From positions 1-64,000 of IMG/VR virus record IMGVR_UViG_3300002835_000050: 64,000 bases of DNA; one strand, written 5' to 3'. This document shows positions 39,801 to 50,600 of this stretch, piece by piece. Below the pieces are notes generated by a model. The model ran no database searches. It was not told the origin of the DNA and saw only the letters and a program-made list of their open reading frames with translations. Position 1 is the first letter of the stretch; every line of letters begins with the position of its first letter. The stretch comes from a virus. Position numbers and translations under genes: made by a program.

Positions 39801-42800
39801 AGACTCAAGAAACAGAGAACCTTTATACATACTAATTAAACAACAACTTAACAACAAATTAGAATTATCTAAAACACAATTACAGGATACTCCAAATAAT
39901 TTAGAAAATGCTCTTAAGAGAGAGATACTAGAAAATAGAATTAGAATTCTACAAACTGGTTTAGATAATTATGGAGACACTAAAGAAGGTTTAATTGGAT
40001 ACCATGTTGAAAATAGTACATATGACTTAATGAAACAAAAGTATACAGTTCTTGAGTTAGATGAAGAAGGTAATTTATTTGATCCTGCTAATATTAAAAA
40101 TACAGAAAGATACGGTGATAAAGAAGAAGGTCAAAAATCTTTGATTGAATTAGCAGGTAAAGAAACATTATACATTCTTAAAAGTTTACATAAAGGAAAA
40201 ATCAATAAGGATACAAACTTAATTGAGTTTACATATGATGATTTAGGTTTTAAACAGTTAGCAGATTTTAGATCTACTTGGAATACTGTAGTTAGAACTA
40301 TTGGTGGTGTACAAGATCCACAAGAAATGTATGATAGATTAGCTAATGAAGGTGAAACAGATTCTCAATTAAGACAATTAGTACAAACTAAATTAGCTAA
40401 TCCTAAATTAGTTACAGAAGATATTGCTAAGAATAATCAATATGAATTTAAAGCTACTACTTCTATTTGGCAAGATTTTAGTAAATCTAAGATTCCTTAT
40501 ATTCAGTTAACTATCCGCAAAACAGAAACTGGAGAAAAAGAAGTATATGATTATAATGGTAATCCAATACCAAATAAAAGCTATAAAACTTATGATTATT
40601 CAAGTGCTGTTACTGATGCTTCAATTGAAGCATATAATATCATTAGAAAATTTGAAGATAAATTTAAATCTAATCTGGATAATCCATATGTAGAAAGACT
40701 TGGTATTGACAATATACCTACATTAAACATTCAACAAGTTGTTAAAGACTTTGGTGTTAATGGTAAACTTAATACTGAAAAATCATTTGCTTTTGCAAGA
40801 GCTCTTGGATTTGCATTAGATGATCTTAGTATTATTAAAGGTGTGCTTAATAAAAAAGATAATAAAACTATAGAACAGTTTGGTTTATCATATATATTTG
40901 ATGTAGTTAAAAAGCTTAGTGATAAGGAAAACTTAGAAAATGTAAGCAGTGCAACTAAAAAAGCTATCTTAAACTTTAGAACTAATCCAATAAATACATT
41001 AATGAATGATATCCCAGCAGGGGTAATTGGAAACAGTAAAGTAAATCAAAAAAATAAAGTACTAGAAATAGCAAAATTACAAAGTAGATATGGTTTAGAT
41101 ACTTCTAACAACATGGTATTAAATGCTGAAAGAAATAGAGTATCTGAATTTATTGAGAATAACTCTATATCTAAACAAGTGTCTGCTTTAAATAATGCTT
41201 CAAAGCTTTCTGATTTATGGACATCTGATAAGTATCAACATATGGCTTATTTAGATCCTAGAATTAATGCTTATACAAAAAGATTAGGTATAATCAGATC
41301 ATTATATGATATGTCAAGTGCAGAGCAATTAAAAAGATCTAATAAATCTTTAACATTGTTTATGGACTCAGGAACTCAAATTGCTGATGAAGATGGTGGT
41401 TTAAATACTGCTAATTTAGATATTGCTTCTAAAAGACTTCAAGAAATGAATACTATGTTAAAAAGCGGTGTTCAAGAATTCTTAAGACATGCATCTAAAT
41501 CATCTGCATTTGGTGTTAAGATAGATAGTGGTATTATTGGTTCTCCAGATAAATCAGGATTTGATAATTATCTTTGGGTTGACAGTGATATGTTTGTTGA
41601 TGGTACTGCTTATGATTATGCATTCTTAACTCACTTTTTACCTTACATTGAAGGGGAAGCAGAAAGAATTTATAAATTTAGAAAGAACAAGACTGAGTAT
41701 TCTAAATATGCAGGATACAATAGAAAAGTTGAAGGAGGTTTTATGGCTGGAGAAATCTTTACTGCATTTGATGATATTATTGAAGATGATACAAAAAAAT
41801 TAATTTATAAAGCAATTGATGCTGCTATAGCAAACAATGAATCATTTGACTTAAGAACATACATAAGAACTCAAAATAATCCTTTAGCAACTACATTAAG
41901 AAACCAGGTAAGAAGTTATTTTGATAATCAAAGTAAAGTCAATTATAATAATTTACAAGAGTTAAAGTTTATTGATCCGGAGTTGATTGATAAAATGAAA
42001 AGTCTTAATACTCCAGAAGATCAGATTGAGAAAAAACTTGTAGAAGTATATACTTATAATTCATGGATTCAAAACTTTGAAACAGCTGTTTTATTTTATG
42101 GAGATATAGCACAATATAATCATGCTAAACAAGAACTACATAAAAGAAATACAGGTTCAACTTCTGGAGGACGCGCTTTTAGAACAGATGTTGCTGCAAG
42201 AAATTTTGTAAATTCTTTCTTAAGTGAAACTTCTTATGCAAAAAAATATAACAAGCCTACTATAAATTATAATGGTACATACAATACAGCAATTGTACAA
42301 GACATAAAAAGAACTTCAGAGTATTTAGGTGAAATTGAAAAAGGATTAACAGATGAGTATACTAAAAGATATGCTACTTCTAAAGATCCTAATAAAGAAG
42401 CTGAGATAAAACGTAGAGTTGCAATTGAGATTGCTAAGTATGTAGATATGGAAGAAGGAGATGGTCAAGGTTATATTAGTTTTGATGCATATAGAAATTT
42501 AAAATATCTAGAAAATTCATGGTCAAATGATCAAGAGATCTTATTCCAAAAAATTAAAAATGGAGAAGAAGTAAAAGCATCTGACATAAAAGAATTTTTC
42601 CCAGTATATAAATTACAAAACTATGGACCTTTAGCAAATAAGGAAATAGGTTTACCTATTACAGCTATGCATAAGTTTGCTTTATTTCCATTAATCCCTA
42701 ATGTTATTGCAGGATCAGATCTTGAGTCTTTACATTTGCAAATGATTGATAAAAACATTCAATATGTAACATTCCAAACGGGTTCTAAAGTAGGTAGTGT

Positions 42801-45800
42801 AACTTCTGCAGTTAATAAAGATGGTGATCCTGTAGCTGATGAAATATATGTTGGTGATCAGAAAAAATTAAAAGCTGATATAACTTTTACTCCTAATACA
42901 ATTTACTTAGAGTATCTTAAAAATGTAACTAATGTACCTAATGCATATAAAAATAAGACTGTATTCTCAACTCAGTTAAGAAAACTTATCTTAAAAGATA
43001 TGTATAAGGATAAAAAAATCATTAATGATGCTAATGAATCTGCAGTTAAAAGATATGAAAAAGCTGTAGACTCTTATAGCCAGTTATTGAAAATGGAGTT
43101 ACTACAAGAAGTTGATTATGAATATGATATAGAAACTGGTACTTATAAAGGAAACATCAGTAAGTTTTTAGAAGTAGTAGAAAGAGAATTAGGTAGAAGA
43201 AATATACCTGAGCACTTAATTGAATTTATAGGTTTAAATAGAGATACTACAATTAAAACAGATTTATCTTTACACTTAGTAGCAGATCAAATTGAAGCTA
43301 TCATTACAGGTTTAATTGAAAAAAGATTAATCAAACAAAAAGTTAAAGGTGAGGCTCTAGTACAAGTTGCTAGTTCAATGTCAAATGGGCTTTGGGATAC
43401 TAAACTTAAAAAAGGTACTAAAGAAGAGATTATGAAGTACTTAGGTACTAATAACTTACCTTTTTATAATAAAGATGCAAACACAGGTAAAACAAATGCA
43501 ATGAAAGTTGCTATTGCTTTACAAGGTGATTTCTCTAACTTGCTTAAACTTAATGCTTTAGATGGTCAACCGATTGCTACAAGAGCAAGATTAAATGATA
43601 TGATTAAAGAAGATGCATGGTTAGATATAGCTGATAACAGAAAGTCAGTTACTTTAGCTGCTGTACGTATTCCAGTACAAGGATTAAACTCTATGGAATT
43701 TATGGAAGTTTATGAATTCTTAGATCCATCTGCTGGAAATATTATCATTCCTCCAACTGAGATTGTTGCTAAATCAGGAGCTGATTTTGACGTTGATAAA
43801 TTGACTACATTCATGCCTGCAATTGATTCTTATGGAAATTTTGTAAAAACAGGATTAAGTAATGATGAATTGTCAATGAAGTTAGATGGTGTTGAAAATG
43901 AAAATGTAGGTAAAGGCTTAATTAAAAATCAAAAAGCTGCATTAGAAAATGAACTTATCATGGCTATTTCTGGTATCTTAGAATTATCTGATAATTATGC
44001 ATCACTGGTAAGACCAAATGATACATACTTAATGAAAGATGATATTGCTGATGAATTAGAAAAGTATGTTACTAGTTATGATAGATTCAGTAACTTCAAT
44101 AGAAAAACTCCAGGTTTCAGTCCAACAAAAACTCTTGAGGTAGGTTATAACTTACATAACCATGAGGTAAACATGATTGGTAAAAGAGTATTAGGTATGT
44201 TAGCAATAGAAAATTCATTACATCCAGTTATGAATTCAATTGGTTTATCATTACCTAAAACATATAAAAACTTAGAGTTTGACCAAGATTTAAACAGAAA
44301 TAAAGAAGGGACTACTGATTTTGAAATGAGATTATTTTTACCTCATAACAAAACAGAAGATGGTAGAATTTCTTTATCAGGTGTAGATACTGTTGATGGA
44401 CTTGACAACATAGGTGAAATGTTTTCACAAATGATGAATGGTGCTGTGGATGTTGAAAAAAATCCATGGATATTCTTTATACAAGGGAATTATGAAATGA
44501 TTCCAATGATTACTTTTTTATTAAAAGCCGGAGTCCCAAGAAAACAAGCTATATATTTTGTTTCTAATCCAATTGTAAGAGAGTATGCTAAAGAACAACG
44601 TAAACTTAAAAGTGCTTATGCTAAAATTACAGGAACTGTAGAAGAAAATTTTGGTAAAAGTTTTGTTAAATATACAGCTGCAACAAATGCTCTTACTAAA
44701 TTTGGAGTTTCTCAAGCAGGTAAAAAAATAACTAATAAAACATATTTTAAATCTGTTAATGATGCTGTAGCTAAACAAGGAGTATTAAATGATGAAGGTT
44801 TATTTGATGAGACTTCAATGAGAATGCTTATAGAAAATCCCGAAGCTCCTGAATATAAAGATCAAGCAATAGCAATGTTCTTACACTTTTTAGAATTAGA
44901 AAAATCTACAAGAGGTTACAATGCATTAAAGTTTGTAGCTAATCCAGATACTAAGACATCTAAAACTTTACAAGAGATTATAAGAAGAAATGTAGCTTTT
45001 GATGAAGCTGCTGCATTATCTACTTTAGAGAAAGGTTCTGTAAATGAATTATTAAACTCTGTATTAGGTTCTTTCTATAATAATAAAATCATAGGAGATT
45101 TAGTAGCCCCGGTGTTTAAATTAAGAAACAATGATGTAGTTACTGATTATATCTTAGATAGACTTAAAAATAATTCTTCTAGTATAACAAAAGCATTTGG
45201 TACAGATCAAGATGGTACAAGAAAGTTTATTACTTCTTTTAAAAATGCTATTCCTAATTATATCTTCCAAAATTACATGTCTAATTTTATAGATGAGTCA
45301 GGAGAAATAACTAGTATGCCTAAATACTATAAAGGAATTGAAGTTATTAATAAAGCTGGTGCTAAAGAGGGTGCTGAAATAATTGATAATAAACTTTATA
45401 TTGATAAGGCAAGATTAGAAAAAGAATATGCTGAAGAGTTATATGCTGCTTCTAATACAAATCCTGGTAACTATAATAGTGAAGGCTTAAGAGGTTTTGG
45501 TAATACTATAAACTTATTCAATACAGAATCAGCTTATTTTAAATATGTATTTGAAAGAGCTATTCAAAAAGATTTATACAGTCCAGAATCAGTTAAAGAA
45601 GATAAAGACTATTTAAGATTTAATGAGTTTCTTAAAGATGATAAACAAGCTTACTTAGCTTATATTAATCAAAGAGCACTTGTGTATGCATTTAATAGAA
45701 AGATTATTACAGGAATGGATAATGATTCTTATACTAACATGCTATTAAACATGATAAATGATTATCCTATTTTAGCAAGTAAATATAATATCATATCTCA

Positions 45801-47631
45801 ATTTACTAAACCTAATGTTAAAGAAAGTGTACTTTCATTAAATGATGTTAGTTCATTAAAAGATGGAGATACTGCTGAAATCTATTATCAAAATCTAAAA
45901 GACTTGGCGGATGAGACTGTTAAGAAAGTTTCTGATCCTATAGAAAATAGAAAGATAAGCAAGATGTTTGAAATGTTGCCATTAATTGCAATATATCAAC
46001 ATGGTATTGGTTATAGTAAAAATGGATTTAATGAAGCATTACCTTATGATAATTTCATAGAAGTTATGCAAACAGCTTCTGAAATTTTTATGAATAAGCA
46101 ATTAAATGAAGCAACATTAAATACTATATTTGATAAACTACTTGCTCAGAACTTTAAAACTTTTAAAGATTATACATCATCTCCGGAGGCATACAATAAA
46201 CCTACTACACCAACACCAGTAGATATTATGTCTCAAGAAGAAGCAGCGGCTATGTTAGAAGGAAAAGGTCTTAAAGTTACTGAAGAAGTTTCTACTACTC
46301 AACCTTCTACTAGTGTTAAAGAAGGTGTGTCAGTATTATTTGAATCTAACCCAGAATTAGCTAATGTTGGAACACCTCAGCAATACTCACAATATCTTGA
46401 TGGTATATTTCCGGATAGTAAAGTTAAAGATATTGTTTATCACTGGTCTGCAGGTTCACAAATATCTGAACAATTTGGAGATGACTTAGGTAGGGTAAAA
46501 GGTATTTGGATAAGTAAAGATCCTAATCAATGGAAAGACATTATTAAAAATAAAAGTAAAAGGCTAGGTATAAATCAAATTAAAAAACATGTTTTAATAA
46601 TAAATGCAAATAATATTTGGGTTGACTCAACCCTATCTAGTCCTGAAGGAAGTAATTTTCCTAAAGGTTATGATACCATAGCAGCATATGAAGAAGCTGA
46701 TTTAGCTTATTCTGGAGATTTAAAACCAGAATTTAAAAATATAGAAGGTTTTGAAGCAGTTATAAAATTAAAAAATCAAACTTATGAATTAGGTACTAAA
46801 CAAGATATAGAAGGATTTAAAAACTTTGTAGCTAATTCTATTCAACCAAGTCAAATTAGTACACAAGGTATTGTTAATAGACCAGATGTAAACTTGAGAG
46901 AAAAATACTTTAAAAACTCAGAAGTTAAAAAATTGTCTGAAGTATTAGGAGCTATTAGTAAATCTAATCATCCTCTAAGTACATTAGCTAAACACTTAAA
47001 TCAGTTTTCTAATATAAATAATGCTGACATAGCTTTAGAAGATGTTGATAATTTTGAAGTAACTGATGGTTTTACTAGTAATGCATACTATGATATCTAT
47101 TCCAATAGAGTTAGAATAGCAGAGTTTGCTAATGTAAACAATGGTAGTGCAGAAACATTATTGTTACATGAAATCTTACATGCATTATCATATAAAGCTT
47201 TAAGAAAAGGTGGTAACTATAATAAAGATTTCCAAAAGTTATATGAACATAGTATTCAACAATTAGGAGCTTTTGATGTATCTGCAAAAACAGGACCTTA
47301 TGCTAATTATACAATTGATGAATTTTTTGTAGCTTTGTTTACAGATGCTAAGTTCATTAAACAACTTTCAGAACTAGCACCTATTGATGTTAAAAAGTAT
47401 AGCAACTTATTACAAGAGATTGTTGACCACATCTTAAATTTACTTAAAATAAATAAAGGAGATTCAGTTTATGATCAAGCTTTTGCAGTAGCTACTAACA
47501 TACTTCAAGAAGAAAGTGACTATGTAAACGCTATGAATATGGCAGCACAAGAGCAAGATAATATAAATTTTGAAATAAATGCTCCTGAAGGTTTGCCTGG
47601 AATACCAAGAACATCAACAGATTGTCAATAA
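36820..47631 (+). CDS. Virion RNA polymerase (crAss-like single-chain two-barrel type), polyvalent, with two zincin motifs and an ART-like insert
   Basis: GADFDVDK catalytic loop (43777-43800) preceded by RIPVQGLNSM; DGQGY; HEAWH at 39283 and HEILH at 47167. Confidence 0.85.
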   Translation: MKITCALSQSQIEKLYANVYGYMLNKGNDFEPKQYMIDLFDKLAKKKDVETAAKFLQQVPSLIGTASFRPGLEQFEISTDILKPLINQFKRDENGLVNVVKYFNPVLDPEVKKELVEKKANDAFDIIEVDTNRIITQDFDFKPYSALSTTMQQFITQNPKDKTNASETLDPSRKVIYNTLDAIRSVVNDNTAFKEVVYQGKVLKLKPVRLNEINPVLLDKTTNALLNKAGAINAGKKGVESVTPINEIFLMVLSDSKGELLYFTEDGNITTQDKGGRLVYQFLRDARKDGNNIMITDMYGYQNSILDPATIANKAGVPVEVIEEQQNKEFKELYDYRQKLINNEKVDLLDIVSVSNGIAEYAPDKLNLSNISTILNDNDAAIRSIDTVNSPRSGFIEGQAVITIKGVEYAVDRPNISLDLINKIATVLTNKDITNKKKYRFVSTFLADKASPSTRKHNITYLPNSDVLLFEYSETTFDEGYSKMKSVNLDSPTAKNDIVKALQFASGKNGKYYTAKMTISNEALDKGYQDYNLNTNTLDDNYSNYIDLLKTLDNTNISVDLNPAGRTFNSYLRFALPNEFTEQLANAQKNTDEIVKDDLFETLSEPEDEKPVFGVKATREKLINALEKNETVSGTISFVTGSKWLLTTPEGQVVEFFNKENNITNEDVISTATLNLIPEITLDNKPFTNVIEVKVGNKFIGYVRETEDFSKPVKQKSIEEIEAEINQVIDGKGEATPEDDGAASVFFLRKGSLPADVTEKQIKDAKKWWTNSPLNKHIGFKEVANIVNSDAYARFTKYGAVLNGNLGIIELADKGSMVDVYHEAWHGFSQLYLSKAEKKALYKEVQKKMGSKADFFDIEENLAEAFREYVRTGKALKGAPKTNSIFKKILNFLRELFGKGSVTDVTDIKRVNELFNELYLGTELNKYTPSIANVMFNTLNRSLGIIKPGTADEQVLNRQDSNKLKDSMDSIISDIVDNEAKRSNKKSGTLSILLDSRNREPLYILIKQQLNNKLELSKTQLQDTPNNLENALKREILENRIRILQTGLDNYGDTKEGLIGYHVENSTYDLMKQKYTVLELDEEGNLFDPANIKNTERYGDKEEGQKSLIELAGKETLYILKSLHKGKINKDTNLIEFTYDDLGFKQLADFRSTWNTVVRTIGGVQDPQEMYDRLANEGETDSQLRQLVQTKLANPKLVTEDIAKNNQYEFKATTSIWQDFSKSKIPYIQLTIRKTETGEKEVYDYNGNPIPNKSYKTYDYSSAVTDASIEAYNIIRKFEDKFKSNLDNPYVERLGIDNIPTLNIQQVVKDFGVNGKLNTEKSFAFARALGFALDDLSIIKGVLNKKDNKTIEQFGLSYIFDVVKKLSDKENLENVSSATKKAILNFRTNPINTLMNDIPAGVIGNSKVNQKNKVLEIAKLQSRYGLDTSNNMVLNAERNRVSEFIENNSISKQVSALNNASKLSDLWTSDKYQHMAYLDPRINAYTKRLGIIRSLYDMSSAEQLKRSNKSLTLFMDSGTQIADEDGGLNTANLDIASKRLQEMNTMLKSGVQEFLRHASKSSAFGVKIDSGIIGSPDKSGFDNYLWVDSDMFVDGTAYDYAFLTHFLPYIEGEAERIYKFRKNKTEYSKYAGYNRKVEGGFMAGEIFTAFDDIIEDDTKKLIYKAIDAAIANNESFDLRTYIRTQNNPLATTLRNQVRSYFDNQSKVNYNNLQELKFIDPELIDKMKSLNTPEDQIEKKLVEVYTYNSWIQNFETAVLFYGDIAQYNHAKQELHKRNTGSTSGGRAFRTDVAARNFVNSFLSETSYAKKYNKPTINYNGTYNTAIVQDIKRTSEYLGEIEKGLTDEYTKRYATSKDPNKEAEIKRRVAIEIAKYVDMEEGDGQGYISFDAYRNLKYLENSWSNDQEILFQKIKNGEEVKASDIKEFFPVYKLQNYGPLANKEIGLPITAMHKFALFPLIPNVIAGSDLESLHLQMIDKNIQYVTFQTGSKVGSVTSAVNKDGDPVADEIYVGDQKKLKADITFTPNTIYLEYLKNVTNVPNAYKNKTVFSTQLRKLILKDMYKDKKIINDANESAVKRYEKAVDSYSQLLKMELLQEVDYEYDIETGTYKGNISKFLEVVERELGRRNIPEHLIEFIGLNRDTTIKTDLSLHLVADQIEAIITGLIEKRLIKQKVKGEALVQVASSMSNGLWDTKLKKGTKEEIMKYLGTNNLPFYNKDANTGKTNAMKVAIALQGDFSNLLKLNALDGQPIATRARLNDMIKEDAWLDIADNRKSVTLAAVRIPVQGLNSMEFMEVYEFLDPSAGNIIIPPTEIVAKSGADFDVDKLTTFMPAIDSYGNFVKTGLSNDELSMKLDGVENENVGKGLIKNQKAALENELIMAISGILELSDNYASLVRPNDTYLMKDDIADELEKYVTSYDRFSNFNRKTPGFSPTKTLEVGYNLHNHEVNMIGKRVLGMLAIENSLHPVMNSIGLSLPKTYKNLEFDQDLNRNKEGTTDFEMRLFLPHNKTEDGRISLSGVDTVDGLDNIGEMFSQMMNGAVDVEKNPWIFFIQGNYEMIPMITFLLKAGVPRKQAIYFVSNPIVREYAKEQRKLKSAYAKITGTVEENFGKSFVKYTAATNALTKFGVSQAGKKITNKTYFKSVNDAVAKQGVLNDEGLFDETSMRMLIENPEAPEYKDQAIAMFLHFLELEKSTRGYNALKFVANPDTKTSKTLQEIIRRNVAFDEAAALSTLEKGSVNELLNSVLGSFYNNKIIGDLVAPVFKLRNNDVVTDYILDRLKNNSSSITKAFGTDQDGTRKFITSFKNAIPNYIFQNYMSNFIDESGEITSMPKYYKGIEVINKAGAKEGAEIIDNKLYIDKARLEKEYAEELYAASNTNPGNYNSEGLRGFGNTINLFNTESAYFKYVFERAIQKDLYSPESVKEDKDYLRFNEFLKDDKQAYLAYINQRALVYAFNRKIITGMDNDSYTNMLLNMINDYPILASKYNIISQFTKPNVKESVLSLNDVSSLKDGDTAEIYYQNLKDLADETVKKVSDPIENRKISKMFEMLPLIAIYQHGIGYSKNGFNEALPYDNFIEVMQTASEIFMNKQLNEATLNTIFDKLLAQNFKTFKDYTSSPEAYNKPTTPTPVDIMSQEEAAAMLEGKGLKVTEEVSTTQPSTSVKEGVSVLFESNPELANVGTPQQYSQYLDGIFPDSKVKDIVYHWSAGSQISEQFGDDLGRVKGIWISKDPNQWKDIIKNKSKRLGINQIKKHVLIINANNIWVDSTLSSPEGSNFPKGYDTIAAYEEADLAYSGDLKPEFKNIEGFEAVIKLKNQTYELGTKQDIEGFKNFVANSIQPSQISTQGIVNRPDVNLREKYFKNSEVKKLSEVLGAISKSNHPLSTLAKHLNQFSNINNADIALEDVDNFEVTDGFTSNAYYDIYSNRVRIAEFANVNNGSAETLLLHEILHALSYKALRKGGNYNKDFQKLYEHSIQQLGAFDVSAKTGPYANYTIDEFFVALFTDAKFIKQLSELAPIDVKKYSNLLQEIVDHILNLLKINKGDSVYDQAFAVATNILQEESDYVNAMNMAAQEQDNINFEINAPEGLPGIPRTSTDCQ

Positions 47632-47632
47632 A

Positions 47633-47646
47633 AATTAGTATATTTA
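47633..47646 (+). promoter_or_regulatory. Putative late promoter core (AATTAGTATATTTA)
   Basis: Same TTAGTATATT core as at 10861 and 13430; no TTTG at the expected distance. Confidence 0.4.
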
Positions 47647-47667
47647 AGTATAATTATAATTAGTATT

Positions 47668-50600
47668 ATGCCTTGTGTAAATAAAATAACTCAGTTCATT
47701 AACGAACTTATATTTAATGAAGCTAGCCCAGCAATGAATATGTCATTAGCTAATGCTAAAACTCTCATTAAAAATGTTAATAGGAAGTATGGATATGAAG
47801 CAGCTAGACTTATCATTGGTGATACTCTAGATGTTACAACATATGCTAGTAAAGATTTGATTGATAAGTTTTATGCTAATGAGCTTGCTTTAGAAATGGC
47901 TGAAGCAAGTAAGACTGAAAATGAAGCTAGATCTGCTGAAATAAATAATATTGATTCAGAAGAAGACTTTATTAAAAGACAGTTTGAACAAGCTAGAGAT
48001 TATGAAATTGCTTCAAAACTAGGAGATAAATATCAAAAAGCATTTGGTATTGACTATAGTATAGTTACACCTGCAGAAGCAGCTTTAATACTAGAGCTTA
48101 CACCTACACCATATGATCCATCTGTATCTGCATTCTTTTATGCTAATAGAGTTTATTTTATTGAAGGTAATTTTAAGTCTAATACAGTAGTTCATGAGTT
48201 TGCTCACCCATTAATTAAAGCAATTGCTTTTCAAAATCCTAAGTTATTTGATAGTTTATATGCTAGATTAACAGGTACTGTGACAGGAAGAGAAGCATTG
48301 AATAGAGTTAATGAAAGGTATCCTGAATTAGAAGAAGGTTCTGATAGATACAGAGAAGAAGCTTTAGTGACTGCAATTGAACTAGATGCTGAAATAAAAT
48401 TATCAGGTATCAAAACTTCAGATACTGCTTTTGATAAGTTTATGGAAAATCTTTTGTTTGCAATTAAAAAAGTTATTCAAGCTCTTACAAAGAAAGTAAC
48501 CTTAAAAAATTTAAGTAGTCAGACAACAAGAGATCAGTTGGTAGACATGATGCTTAATGAAGACTTTGTTATTCAAGATATAAATTATCAAACAAATATG
48601 TTTGCTGAGTTTAGTAAAGATACAGATCAGTTCTTAAAAGAACTTAAAGCTGTTGAACCTAAACAAATCATTAATATCATTAACAAGTTTCATACTGAAA
48701 TGTCTTTCCAGTTAAATGAGTTAAGAAATTCTCCTAAGAAATTTAAAGAAAGCTTAGGTAAAGATGCTGCAGCAAATATTAGATTGATCAGAGATTATGT
48801 TAAAGGATATAAAACTGTAGATGAAGATATAACAGATGATGAATTAAAAGATTTGCTTGATTCATTAGTAGTAGATGAGGCAGATTTAAATGTAAGATCT
48901 TTAGCATTCATTAATAGTTTATCTGAGTTAATGTTGTTTGCAAGAAAAATTGAAAAAATATTTAATGATATCAAAGCATCCAAAGAATACTTAACAGAAG
49001 AAGGTAATCAAAAAATCCAATACTTTAAACAGTATATGGAAAGAGAGTCTAAGTTCTTAAAAGATGTATTGAATGAGTTAGATATGGACTCTTCTAATAA
49101 ATTAAGTAAAGAGATTCTATCTATTAAAGAACTTATGGATAGAAATATAGATAAAGCAAAAGTATTATCTTTTAATTATGTTAAAGACTTTATTCTTGCT
49201 AATGGTATTTCTATGCAAGAAAATGTAAAGAAAGATTTATCTGATAAAATTGATCTTATACTTAAAGCAGATGGGTTTACTGAAGATGAGATAAATGTAT
49301 TTAAGGATGATCTATTTCAAAAATTAGATGTAGATAACATTAGAGCTATTTCTGAATCTGATTTTAATTTACCAAGAAAACCAACCAAGTTTGCTAAAAA
49401 TATAATCAATGAGATTAAACAATACAATAACAATAAAATTACAGAGCAAACAGTAGATGAATATCTAAGAGGGCATGTAAGAGATCTTAGTTTAGCAGGT
49501 GCTACATTTACACCAACAGGAAATATTAATGACTTGTTTGGTACATTTGTTAAAGCAATGAAAAATAAAATTTCAGATGCTGAGGTTCTTAGTCAACAAG
49601 AACAAATGAAGTTTGTAGAGAACTTAAAACCTTTATTAACTGCTGTTAACTGGAATCCTAATAATACAAATCAACTTGCAGACATGTTATTGTTTGAAGA
49701 TGAGAAAGGTATTATTGATGAACAAGGTAATGTTACTTCATATCAAGCTTATAGTTATATTGATAAATTTAAGAATTGGGAATTTGCTCAAGCTCAATTA
49801 ATGGGTAATCTCAAAAAAGCTAAACTGAAAGGTGATAAAGCAGAAATTAAAGCTGCTATGCAAGCAATGAGAGATTTTGAAAGAGATTATAAAATAAGAA
49901 GATTTACTGATGAAGTATATGAAGTACAGGATATATGGTTACAATCTAATACAGTATATGATCCTACAACTAAGAAAAATATTACCATTTCTGCAGATAT
50001 ATCTTTAGAAGCATTTAATGAAAGAAAAGCTGCACTAGATGATCTTGCTACTTATAGTAATTCTTCTGAGTTTACTTCATTAGATGACTTACTTGAGTTT
50101 ACACCTTCAGCAGAGGCAAAAGTAAAGTATAATAACTTATATAATTTGTATGATGCAGATGGTAATTATAAACAAGGAGTTGAATTACAAAAAGTATTAG
50201 TTAGAAGATTTTATAGACAAGAGTCAAGAAAGTTTTATGAATCTAATCCTGATACAAAGAAGTTTCAAAATGATTTTGATCACTTTGTAAACAGTGAGTT
50301 AGCAAGTTTAGGTATTACTAAAGATGATAATCCTGAAAGATATGAAGCTGAGATTAAAAAATTCTTAGCTAAGAATACAAGAGTGGCTTATACTGATGAG
50401 TACTATCAAGAAAAAACTGAGACTTTAGCAGAAATTAATGCTATTAATGAAAAAGCTAAAGGTGCAGAAATATCTAAAAAACTAGCTAGCTTATATGAGC
50501 AAAGATACAGTATTACAAATAGAGTAACTGACAAAGACGGTGAACCTAATGGTGCTGAACTTGGTAATGAATCTCTTAATAGATTAAAAGATATTGAAGA

